From Candidatus Bathyarchaeota archaeon (GTDB lineage Archaea; Thermoproteota; Bathyarchaeia; TCS64), in assembly GCA_016783485.1 (NCBI GenBank), contig JADHWM010000002.1, positions 1 through 62,727 of the forward strand: 62,727 nt of DNA, written 5' to 3'. Numbering within the stretch: position 1 is the stretch's first letter; each line of letters begins with the position of its first letter. This document shows positions 19,992 to 28,436 of this stretch, piece after piece. The notes beneath the pieces are model-generated. The model saw only the letters and a program-made list of their open reading frames with translations. It made no database searches and had not been told where the DNA came from. Position numbers and translations under genes: made by a program.

Positions 19992-21160
19992 ATAAAACCC
20001 TCATCGTTTTCATCGACGGCCTCGGATACGACCGGGTAAACGACTCCTCATTCACGCTCAATCTATCCAACGAGCCCATCAGACTGACCCCCGCACTGGG
20101 CTACAGCTCAGCGCAGCAATCTATCATGTGGACCGGGAAAATGCCCTCTGAGACGGGGCGGTGGAGCGAACTGGCGTACTCTCCCGAGTCTTCACCCTGG
20201 TGGTGGCTGGGCTCCAGATACCTGATGTATCTGGACGAACTTGTGGCCAGAGCCCCACGTAAATTCAGATCGCTCTACGAGATCGTCGCCCGGGAAACGA
20301 TAAGATTCCTGAGCGGATGGATACGCCCCTTCCGTTCATACGACGCTTTCGCTGTGCCCGTCTCCAAGCTCAGCCACTTCACTCCGTATGAATCGGACAT
20401 CCATCAACCCGGCTGCCTAGGTGAGACGGAGACCCTGTTCGATATCCTGAGGAGCAGGGGGGTGAATTATCGCTACATCGGATACCCCGATGTCAAGGAG
20501 GACCACGAAGTTCATGGGAAGGGCATGGAAGCGATAATGGAAAACGACGTGATAATCCTCGGCTTCACGGAGCTGGACTCCATTGAACACCATTATGGAG
20601 TGGATTCAAGGGAAGCCCGGGATAAACTGGGTGAACTCAACGCATTCATCAACGATCTGATAGCGCTCTTCGAATCGAGCAACCCGGATGGCACCGTCAT
20701 CGTCTTCTCCGATCACGGCATGAGCGAGGTCAAGCACTCGATAGATGTCCAAGGAAGAGTGAATTGTCTCGACCTCCGAGACGGGTACGACTATCTCTCG
20801 TTCTACGACGCAACCATGGCCCGATTCTGGTTCTACACCGAGGCTGCTGAATCCATGATCACGGAGCTGCTGCGAACGATCGAGGGAGGAGTGATTCTGG
20901 AGGACGATGAATTACGCTCTTTGGGCCTGGACTTCGGCGACGACGCCTTCGGCGACCTCATCTTCTTGGTCGACGAGGGGTTCGTGGTCTCCCCGAACTA
21001 TTTCCAGGGCAGGACGGTTCCCCGGGGGATGCACGGATACCATCCTAGGAATCCCGGCCAACACGCCTTTCTCGCGAAGAACGATGAACCGGTGCCGAGG
21101 TCAACCATATCCATGGACGAGGTCTTCGACATCTTCATCCAGGCTCTAGGAATCACGTAG
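19970..21160 (+). CDS. Alkaline-phosphatase-superfamily protein (nucleotide pyrophosphatase/phosphodiesterase- or PglZ-like)
   Basis: LIVFIDGLGYD, VIVFSDHGM, GMHGYHP metal-ligand motifs; overlaps upstream gene by 22 nt. Confidence 0.7.
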   Translation: MVEIHRVNKTLIVFIDGLGYDRVNDSSFTLNLSNEPIRLTPALGYSSAQQSIMWTGKMPSETGRWSELAYSPESSPWWWLGSRYLMYLDELVARAPRKFRSLYEIVARETIRFLSGWIRPFRSYDAFAVPVSKLSHFTPYESDIHQPGCLGETETLFDILRSRGVNYRYIGYPDVKEDHEVHGKGMEAIMENDVIILGFTELDSIEHHYGVDSREARDKLGELNAFINDLIALFESSNPDGTVIVFSDHGMSEVKHSIDVQGRVNCLDLRDGYDYLSFYDATMARFWFYTEAAESMITELLRTIEGGVILEDDELRSLGLDFGDDAFGDLIFLVDEGFVVSPNYFQGRTVPRGMHGYHPRNPGQHAFLAKNDEPVPRSTISMDEVFDIFIQALGIT

Positions 21161-21184
21161 GCCGCGCCCTGGAAGCGTAACCCT

Positions 21185-22411
21185 ATGAGTAAAAGGCTCG
21201 CGATAATCGCGAAGAGGTACGCAGACCCCATACCCGAGGGTCACACCCAGGCCTCCATCAACCTCATCAACAGCGTCCTAGGCTCAGAGTTGAAACCCCG
21301 GGTCATCTCCCACGGGCGGCCCCTCACAAGGGGCGACGTCCACATCTACAAACCCCTGGACGACCAGGTCTACGCCGTGTACGGCATGTTCGCCATACCC
21401 AAGTTCTCTAAAACGCTGGGAGCCGTCGCCTTCAAGATTCACGAACTCTACAGGATCCTTATCTCGGGTTGCCTGACCAAGGGCTTCGATGCGATATACC
21501 TGACGAACGTCCCGATGACCCAATACTCCGCATTCCTGAAACTCCTTTCGAAGGCCAGGAATAAGAAAGTGAAGATAGTCGCTCACGCGTTCCACCCCTA
21601 CACCCCTGAGGTGGGGCTTTTCCACGGAAACCATAGATGGCTGTTGAGCCACGGGAGCACGGACCACGTCTTCTGCATCAATCGTAGACTCGTGAGCCAC
21701 TACTCCGGGATCCTCGACCCGGGCAACGTTCATCACGTACCCTACCCTGTTGACACCGAACGATTCAAACCCCGAGACAAGACCGAAGCCCGGAAGCTGC
21801 TGAGGCTTCCCGAAGATGCGAGAATAATAGGATACGTTGGCCATCTGACTTTGGATCGAGGAGCATACGATCTGGTTGAGGCTGTGGGCGATGTGTCGTC
21901 AAGCCACAGGGATCTGATTCTGGCCATCGTCTCGTCTCCCTTCGTCACCGAGGAGCAGTACAAGGACTTTATGCATCACGTGCAAAAATATGGGGTGGAA
22001 GACAAGATCAAAATACTGAATCGCAGAGGAGACTATTACTACAACGCTATATTCAGTGGCTTCGACCACATAGATCGTTTTTTCAATGCCGTGGACATCG
22101 CTGCCCTCCCCTTCCGGAAACCGTATACGATAATCGATCCCCCCGTCACCCTCCTCGAAGCCATGTCCTCAGGAACCCCCCTAGTCACGACGAAAGCAGG
22201 GGCGATCGGAGAAGTCGCAGGCGGCGGCAACTCGGTCCTGATCCCCCCCGGCCAGGAGGGGGAGCTCAGGGAAGCCCTGGATGGCCTTCTGAAGGACGAC
22301 GAATCCAGGGGAAGAATCGGCTCGTCGGCGAGGTCGCACATGGTGAGCAATTATTCTCTGGATGCCATCGGTCATAGAATGATAGAATTATTCGAGGGCA
22401 TCATGGCATGA
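21185..22411 (+). CDS. Glycosyltransferase family 4
   Basis: DPPVTLLEAMSSGTPLVTTKAGAIGEVAGGGNSVLIPPG and GT-B-like two-domain length. Confidence 0.8.
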   Translation: MSKRLAIIAKRYADPIPEGHTQASINLINSVLGSELKPRVISHGRPLTRGDVHIYKPLDDQVYAVYGMFAIPKFSKTLGAVAFKIHELYRILISGCLTKGFDAIYLTNVPMTQYSAFLKLLSKARNKKVKIVAHAFHPYTPEVGLFHGNHRWLLSHGSTDHVFCINRRLVSHYSGILDPGNVHHVPYPVDTERFKPRDKTEARKLLRLPEDARIIGYVGHLTLDRGAYDLVEAVGDVSSSHRDLILAIVSSPFVTEEQYKDFMHHVQKYGVEDKIKILNRRGDYYYNAIFSGFDHIDRFFNAVDIAALPFRKPYTIIDPPVTLLEAMSSGTPLVTTKAGAIGEVAGGGNSVLIPPGQEGELREALDGLLKDDESRGRIGSSARSHMVSNYSLDAIGHRMIELFEGIMA

Positions 22412-22418
22412 TATTCAA

Positions 22419-22428
22419 CTTTAAAATA
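22419..22428 (+). promoter_or_regulatory. TATA-like box upstream of the GT-C-like membrane protein gene
   Basis: CTTTAAAATA lies 24-33 nt upstream of GTG 22452, consistent with a leaderless or short-leader archaeal transcript. Confidence 0.3.
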
Positions 22429-22451
22429 CCGCGCTCACGAGCCTAATAGTC

Positions 22452-24080
22452 GTGCCTGACCTGAGAAAGCACTGGCCTCTGATCGCCGCGCTCCTCGTTT
22501 TCTGGGGCACAGTCGCCCTCGTACTCGTATCATCAGTGAACAACAACGGTGGCCGCCTCATCTACGCCCTCGATGACCCCTATATCCACATGTCCATCGC
22601 GAAAAACTTCGCCCAAAAAGGTGTGTGGGGCGTGACGGAGTACGAGTTCTCCTCGTCAGATTCCTCGATATCCTGGATAATTCTCCTATCTATCGCCTAC
22701 GTCATAGCCGGTGTTAACGAGATCACTCCGTTTTTACTTAATCTGATATCGGGGACTCTGCTTATCGGCGTGCTCTATGGCTACTTATCGGAACATGGGT
22801 TATCCCGCTCGTACACTTTCATGGTTCTGTTTTTGACGATCTTCGTGTCCCCTCTCCCCTCCACCGTCTTCGTTGGGATGGAGCACATCTTTCATGCGCT
22901 CATCACTCTGCTGTTCGTGACTCAGTCTGCGAAGATGTTGGCCAACGAGAGTGAACCATCCCTTGGTTATTTGGCGGCGTTATCCGTGGTCTCCATCACG
23001 ACGAGATTCGAAGCGATGTTTCTCATCGGAGTCGTCGCTCTACTATTCTATGTTAGGAAGCAGATCAGGGTTTCAGTCGTTCTCATTTTAAGTGGTGTCA
23101 TCCCCTTGGTGGCTTACGGGCTCATATCTATCCTGAACGGATGGGGCTTTTTTCCAACCCCGATCTCCCTCAAGGGCTCCTTCCCAACAATTACGCCCCT
23201 TGGATTATTCAGTTTCATGTACGAATTCCTTCATTATTTGACAATCGATGGATTGATCCTTACGCTAATTTTCACAGCATTACTGCTATTTTTATACAAA
23301 TACAATACAGGTGACGGCGTATGGGATCGTTCCATGGTCATGACAATGATATTCATCCCCACGACATCGATGCATATTCTATTCGCAAAAATTGGTAACT
23401 TCTTCAGATACGAAGTCTACCTAGTATCTCTTGGGCTGTTCATCATCGCAATAAATTCATACGAATATTTGACGAAAAACGTCTCATTCAAAAAAAGTAA
23501 GAGAATTGGGATCAACTCTGTCTTAATCATCATCCTGATCATGTTATTCCTATCCCCCCTCTTTCCCAGGAGTTTCAGATCGCTGAAAAACGTCTCCCAG
23601 GCAACCACGAACATCTATGAGCAGCAATACCAGATGGGCCTTTTCTTGGACGAATTCTATTCCGAGGACACCATCGTCGCGAACGATATCGGCGCCATCA
23701 CTTTCTTGACTCGAATACGGCTGATCGACATGAACGGGCTGGGCAACTTCGAAGCTGCTAGGGCGATCATGAGTGGAGAATTGACCACACAGCTGATCGT
23801 GGACCTAGCCCAGGCGGGACAGGCGAGAATAGCTGTGGTCTATGACCACAAGTTCGAGAGGGATTACCGCGGAAACGAGATAGGCGGAATACCTGAACAG
23901 TGGATCAAGGTGGGCCAATGGCGGATATCCGACAACATCGTCTGCGGTAGCGACACTGTCTCATTCTATGCCTTCGATTCCAGCGAAGCTCTCCTCTTAA
24001 CTGAAAACCTGCAGGCTTTCTCTTCGAGACTACCCGAAAGCATCCATCAAAGTGGTGGATACGCGATCTCTGGTGGATGA
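22452..24080 (+). CDS. Polytopic membrane protein, putative GT-C-type glycosyltransferase
   Basis: About 11-13 hydrophobic helices; acidic first-loop motif YALDDPYIHMSIAKNF after TM1; ~170-aa soluble C-terminal domain. Confidence 0.65.
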   Translation: MPDLRKHWPLIAALLVFWGTVALVLVSSVNNNGGRLIYALDDPYIHMSIAKNFAQKGVWGVTEYEFSSSDSSISWIILLSIAYVIAGVNEITPFLLNLISGTLLIGVLYGYLSEHGLSRSYTFMVLFLTIFVSPLPSTVFVGMEHIFHALITLLFVTQSAKMLANESEPSLGYLAALSVVSITTRFEAMFLIGVVALLFYVRKQIRVSVVLILSGVIPLVAYGLISILNGWGFFPTPISLKGSFPTITPLGLFSFMYEFLHYLTIDGLILTLIFTALLLFLYKYNTGDGVWDRSMVMTMIFIPTTSMHILFAKIGNFFRYEVYLVSLGLFIIAINSYEYLTKNVSFKKSKRIGINSVLIIILIMLFLSPLFPRSFRSLKNVSQATTNIYEQQYQMGLFLDEFYSEDTIVANDIGAITFLTRIRLIDMNGLGNFEAARAIMSGELTTQLIVDLAQAGQARIAVVYDHKFERDYRGNEIGGIPEQWIKVGQWRISDNIVCGSDTVSFYAFDSSEALLLTENLQAFSSRLPESIHQSGGYAISGG

Positions 24081-24086
24081 AACGAA

Positions 24087-24851
24087 GTGGAAACTGCTGC
24101 CTCGGTGAACCAGAGATGGAGACTTGCTCAAAAGTATGAAAAAAGGCATTGGGAGATACGCCCCCGGAAACAGAGAAGCGACGAGGTTCTACACGATTAT
24201 TATGAATTCTTCAAGAAATCTCTCAGTCTTGGCGATGACCTAAGCGTTCTGGATATTGGAAGCGGGCCATTCGGAATGATAACCTACTTCCAGGGAACCG
24301 CAAGATGTGCGCTGGACCCGCTATTAGATGACTACTCCCAAAAAACGGGGATAACCAAAGGAACCGCGTTGGTGAAAGGCGTCGCTGAGCATCTACCCTT
24401 CATCGACGGTTCATTTGACATGGTGGTCTCAACAAACGCGATCGACCATGTGATGAAACCCGGCCAAATGTTGAGGGAAGTCCAAAGGGTTATAAAAGAA
24501 AGAGGTTGCACTCTGGTCTCGGTCTATTGCAGCGGCCTGATGATGAAGGTCGTCTTGGACCTACGAGAGAAAATCCATGAGGGAGACGTTCTTCACCAAC
24601 ACCATCTATCGTTTTTATCGATGGTTCGCCTCTTGAACCCCCTCTTTAACATCAAAAGAATTGTGATAGGTTTACGTGGTGATATGGACTTTTCCGAGAA
24701 GGACGTGCTGATTCAACATCTACGTGCATCAAGAATCCTAAAGGCCATGAGGACAGGTATACGGTACCTAATCGAACTGTTTGACCGGCTTATTTACCCC
24801 CCCGCTGAGTACATATTTCTCATGGAAAAACGCGTTCACGCCTCATTCTGA
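24087..24851 (+). CDS. Class I SAM-dependent methyltransferase
   Basis: VLDIGSGPFGMITYF (motif I), LPFIDGSFDMVVSTNAIDHV. Confidence 0.8.
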   Translation: METAASVNQRWRLAQKYEKRHWEIRPRKQRSDEVLHDYYEFFKKSLSLGDDLSVLDIGSGPFGMITYFQGTARCALDPLLDDYSQKTGITKGTALVKGVAEHLPFIDGSFDMVVSTNAIDHVMKPGQMLREVQRVIKERGCTLVSVYCSGLMMKVVLDLREKIHEGDVLHQHHLSFLSMVRLLNPLFNIKRIVIGLRGDMDFSEKDVLIQHLRASRILKAMRTGIRYLIELFDRLIYPPAEYIFLMEKRVHASF

Positions 24852-24940
24852 TTCAACTGATTGTTGTTCACATGCGAAAACGCTAAGCGTCTGTCATAAA
24901 CGATCGATTCGAGTATGATTCTGGTGAGTAGCCCCTGATC

Positions 24941-25546
24941 GTGTTGTTCGGCCCCGATGGCTCGGGCAAGACCACGCTGTCGAGAGCCTTGGCGAGAACC
25001 CTCGTGGAGCGGGGGCAGCCGGTGAAGTGGTGCTGGATGCGGGGGAGCCACACCTTCGTCTCCCTGCTCTCCAGATTCCTCGCCCGATTCCCCGCGTTCC
25101 ATGGCCTCTCGAACCCCTATTACGGGATAGCCGTCCCCCCCTCTGCCTCGAGGCTGTGGCTCCTCCTGGAATACATCGGCTTCCTCCCGATCTACCTGCT
25201 CCAGTACGCCCTCCCCGCGTGGCTCGGCTACACCATCGTCTCCGACAGATTCACCGCAGACCTCGTGGTCTGGATCACCCTGGTGACAGACGATCCCACG
25301 GTGACCGACAGCCTCCTAGCCAGACACCTGATGGCCCTCATGCGGAGAGCCGGCCCCCTGTTCTTCGTCACTGCGGGGCTGGGACGCCTCGTGGCCCGAA
25401 GCGGGGAAGACCCCGGTTACATGAGGCGTCAACTGGCTTTGTATGGTAAATTGGGCTTGAACGCCAATATCATCGACACGACGGATGAGACACCAAAGGA
25501 CTCATTGAATAAGATCCTGGCGATAATAGACGGAGGTGGGTGCTGA
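24941..25546 (+). CDS. P-loop NTPase, (d)NMP-kinase-like
   Basis: Walker A FGPDGSGKTTL at the N-terminus; IVSDRF; ~200-aa kinase-like size; an unusual hydrophobic insert LWLLLEYIGFLPIYLLQYALPAWLGY. Confidence 0.65.
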   Translation: MLFGPDGSGKTTLSRALARTLVERGQPVKWCWMRGSHTFVSLLSRFLARFPAFHGLSNPYYGIAVPPSASRLWLLLEYIGFLPIYLLQYALPAWLGYTIVSDRFTADLVVWITLVTDDPTVTDSLLARHLMALMRRAGPLFFVTAGLGRLVARSGEDPGYMRRQLALYGKLGLNANIIDTTDETPKDSLNKILAIIDGGGC

Positions 25547-25549
25547 GCG

Positions 25550-26557
25550 GTGTCGGTTGTAGATCTCCTCAGGGTCGTGGGGTCGCCATTCGCAGAGTCG
25601 ACCCACTCCGTCCCAGCAGAGGACGCCCAAGGTCTCTATGAGCTCGCCCGGAGGAACCGCATGGGCCTCCTGCTCCTGACCTCCCTCGGGGATGACGATG
25701 TTCCCGCCTCGCTCGAGGAGGAGAGGGCCTCGATGATTGAGAAATCCGAGGAGACGATCCGGCTGATACCCCGGGTCGCCTCGATCCTCCAGGATGCCGG
25801 GCTGAACTACTCCCTCTTCAAGACCATCCGGCCCTACCCGTACACCACCGTCGACCTCGACGTCATCGCCTTCGACGGGGATCTGGAACCCTTCGGGGAG
25901 GCCTTCACTGCAGCAGGTTTCATCACCCTGGACGAGGGCCCCCTGTCCACCACCTTTCGGGACCCCGAGTCCAGCATCGGGATCGACATCTACGACGAGA
26001 TCGGTGTCAGCAAGATTATCTACCTGGACAAGAGGAACCTCCTCGATCACGTGGTCGACGTGGAGGTCGGGGGCGGAACCGTCAGGGCCCTGGACCCCGC
26101 ATCGGATCTCCTCGCGATCATAAGCCACTCCATCATAAAGGAGCTGATGTACGTCCTATCCGAGTACTACACCACACTGTACACGCTGGACGCCATGACC
26201 CCGGGGGAGCTCGATTCCCTAGTCACCCAGGCCTCTGAGAACCGGTTAATTTCGGCCGCATCGCTCCATCTAGGGATCACCGCGGCATTGCATCAGCTGG
26301 CGCATGGTTTAATTCCGGAGAAGATCATGGATCTAATGGACGGCCTGGGAGGAGCCAAGATGGGAGACGGGGACAGATACACAGAGATGCCGATGAAGTT
26401 TTCACCCGGCTCCGTCTGGAGGGTCTTCATAGAGAAGGCCGGGGAGCCGAGGATGAGGCGGAGCCTCGGCGTGCAGGCCCTGAGCCTCCTGAATCCCTCG
26501 TTCGCATTATCCTTCATCCCCAAGTTCATTCACCAGCTGACGCGGGAGACCTACTGA
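25550..26557 (+). CDS. NTP_transf_5-like (uncharacterised nucleotidyltransferase family) protein
   Basis: LFKTIRPYPYTTVDLDVIAF, IGIDIYDEI, ASDLLAIISHSIIKE resemble the DxD / D.H / H....H pattern of PF14907; by-eye assignment. Confidence 0.55.
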   Translation: MSVVDLLRVVGSPFAESTHSVPAEDAQGLYELARRNRMGLLLLTSLGDDDVPASLEEERASMIEKSEETIRLIPRVASILQDAGLNYSLFKTIRPYPYTTVDLDVIAFDGDLEPFGEAFTAAGFITLDEGPLSTTFRDPESSIGIDIYDEIGVSKIIYLDKRNLLDHVVDVEVGGGTVRALDPASDLLAIISHSIIKELMYVLSEYYTTLYTLDAMTPGELDSLVTQASENRLISAASLHLGITAALHQLAHGLIPEKIMDLMDGLGGAKMGDGDRYTEMPMKFSPGSVWRVFIEKAGEPRMRRSLGVQALSLLNPSFALSFIPKFIHQLTRETY

Positions 26558-27480
26558 TGGTGTGGCCGGTCCGGGTGGACAGGGAAAGCGGTAAACGGGT
26601 GATCCTGTGGTCCATCGCAACCCTTTCCATACTGCTCTCGCTGTACCGGCATAACGCCCTGGTCCTTCTCGGGAAGGCAATCGAACTTCTCTCCGGGAAC
26701 CTCGGATACAGCTCCTCCCTGGGTGGGCTATTCCTCGTATCCTTTTTCCTCCTGCTCCGCTGGGAAGAATTCAACCTGATTCTCTCCCAGGAACGTGGAT
26801 ACACATCAATGCTCCCCAGGAGGCTATTCGGCCTGGCAGTGACCCTGTTCCCCCTCTTTTTCATGAGGAACACCGAGTTCCTGCCCCGGCACCAGTACCT
26901 CCATGCATCGGTGATGATGGTCTTCCTAGTGGGCTACGGAGCCACCCTGATTATAACTCCCACACTCTGGAAGGTCCTCCTCCCCTACGCTGCGCTGGCC
27001 GTGATGACTTTCCTCTCACCTTCCCTGATCCAGTCAACCCTGGGCGATGTTTTCATCGACATCGCAGCCGTCCTCACGAGACTCTTCCTCGGCCTTTCAG
27101 GCGCCGGCGTCATCTGGGACGGCAACGAGGCCGCGTTCATCTCCCGGTCGGGGGAGGCGGTGAAGCTCATGATAGACCGGGGGTGCTCATCGATACCCTC
27201 CATCTCCATATTCCTCCTCCTCGTGGGCCTGATGCACCTCGACCAGAAAAAGGATCTAAACTCCACCCTGAAGCTGGCCTCCCTGGGCACGGTCGCCCTG
27301 ATCGTAGTCAACTCGGTGAAGCTCGCGTTGACCATCTGGGCCGGAAAAGTCTACGGCAGCGGGGCCCTCTGGAGCCTCCACAGCTGGCTCGGCTACGTCT
27401 TCTTCACCGGCTTCTATTTGGTGGCTTTGTTAGCGTATCTTAGGATGAGCAAGCCTAGAATGAAGCGGGGGGAGGGCTGA
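26557..27480 (+). CDS. Archaeosortase/exosortase-family-like polytopic membrane protein
   Basis: About 8 TM helices. Cys motif MIDRGCSSIPSISIFLLLVG (family: xCSGxxS), then VVNSVKLAL ~42-45 aa downstream (family: N..R) and LHSWLGYVFF (family His motif). Start shares one nt with the upstream stop (TGATG). Confidence 0.6.
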   Translation: MVWPVRVDRESGKRVILWSIATLSILLSLYRHNALVLLGKAIELLSGNLGYSSSLGGLFLVSFFLLLRWEEFNLILSQERGYTSMLPRRLFGLAVTLFPLFFMRNTEFLPRHQYLHASVMMVFLVGYGATLIITPTLWKVLLPYAALAVMTFLSPSLIQSTLGDVFIDIAAVLTRLFLGLSGAGVIWDGNEAAFISRSGEAVKLMIDRGCSSIPSISIFLLLVGLMHLDQKKDLNSTLKLASLGTVALIVVNSVKLALTIWAGKVYGSGALWSLHSWLGYVFFTGFYLVALLAYLRMSKPRMKRGEG

Positions 27481-27555
27481 TCCCTGCGGCTCAATCTACC
27501 GGATAACTATCCCAGCCAGGCCGCCCTCCTAGTCCTCGCAGTCGTCCTGTTCACG

Positions 27556-28263
27556 GTGGAGTACATCATCGTGTACATCAGCGAATCCATCGGGATCCTC
27601 CTGGTCCTGGTCACCCTGCTGGTCACCTACGGCCTCCTCTCAGTGATCAACGTCTCCGAGGCCATGGCCAAGATCGTGGAGGACATCTCCCTCCTCTTCA
27701 TCTACATGATGCTCATGTCCGCCCTCCCCTGGTTCTTCTTCAAACAGGAGCTCCTGGTCCCCGCCGTCTACTCCCTGGTGCTGGCCCTCTGCTTCTGGAG
27801 GATCCACACCGAGAACATCAGCTTGGAGAGCCTCGGGATGGCCTTCACTAACCTCAAGAGCGCCATATTCATCAGCTTGGCGATCGGCATCCCCATGGGG
27901 GTCGTCGAGTACACCATCCTCCGTCCCGCGGCTGTGACCCCCACCTTCGACGTGGGCTACTTCACCCAGACCGTGGTGCACATGCTCTTCTTCGTGGCCC
28001 TCGGGGAGGAGATCCTCTTCAGGGCGATAATCCAGAACAGCATCATCAAGTCCCTGGGCGTCGCCTCGGGCATCTTCTGGTCCGCCCTCTACTTCAGCGC
28101 GATGCACTTCGTCTGGAGGAGCATACCCGAGCTCTTTTTCACCTTCGCCGGGGGGCTCGTCCTCGGCGCCGTGTATTACAAGAAGAGGAACCTGGTCGAG
28201 CCCGTCCTCATCCACGCTGTGAACAACGTGGTGCTCCTGGCGGTCATGCCCTACCTCCTCTAA
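27556..28263 (+). CDS. CPBP-family intramembrane glutamic endopeptidase (CAAX protease/Abi family)
   Basis: EEILFRAIIQN, FSAMHFVW, HAVNNVV motifs. It is in the same frame as the upstream gene, separated by one TGA and 75 stop-free nt. Confidence 0.85.
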   Translation: MEYIIVYISESIGILLVLVTLLVTYGLLSVINVSEAMAKIVEDISLLFIYMMLMSALPWFFFKQELLVPAVYSLVLALCFWRIHTENISLESLGMAFTNLKSAIFISLAIGIPMGVVEYTILRPAAVTPTFDVGYFTQTVVHMLFFVALGEEILFRAIIQNSIIKSLGVASGIFWSALYFSAMHFVWRSIPELFFTFAGGLVLGAVYYKKRNLVEPVLIHAVNNVVLLAVMPYLL

Positions 28264-28436
28264 AGCGATCCAACCTCTCATAGAGAGTAGATCCTCAAAC
28301 CCCTTGGCTGACACGCAGAAGGTTGAATCCGTAGACTAACTCCGAATACCTTTCCCGTTAAAAAAAGGGCGGTAAAAATGCTGCCCTCTCACAGTACCTC
28401 GTGAAAATATCCCTTTCTGATTATCCTTCGATAATC

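Noticed and set aside
19970-21160. Sulfatase plus anSME-type maturase pairing (AP-fold protein next to SPASM radical SAM enzymes)
   Set aside because: The AP-fold protein lacks the (C/S)-x-(P/A)-x-R formylglycine motif; the nucleophile region reads LGYSSAQQS. It also lacks a signal peptide.
24078-24089. Same-frame adjacency of 22452..24080 and 24087..24851 as possible readthrough fusion
   Set aside because: Only two codons separate them. A membrane GT-C-like protein fused to a soluble methyltransferase has no precedent known to me, so coincidence is the likeliest explanation.
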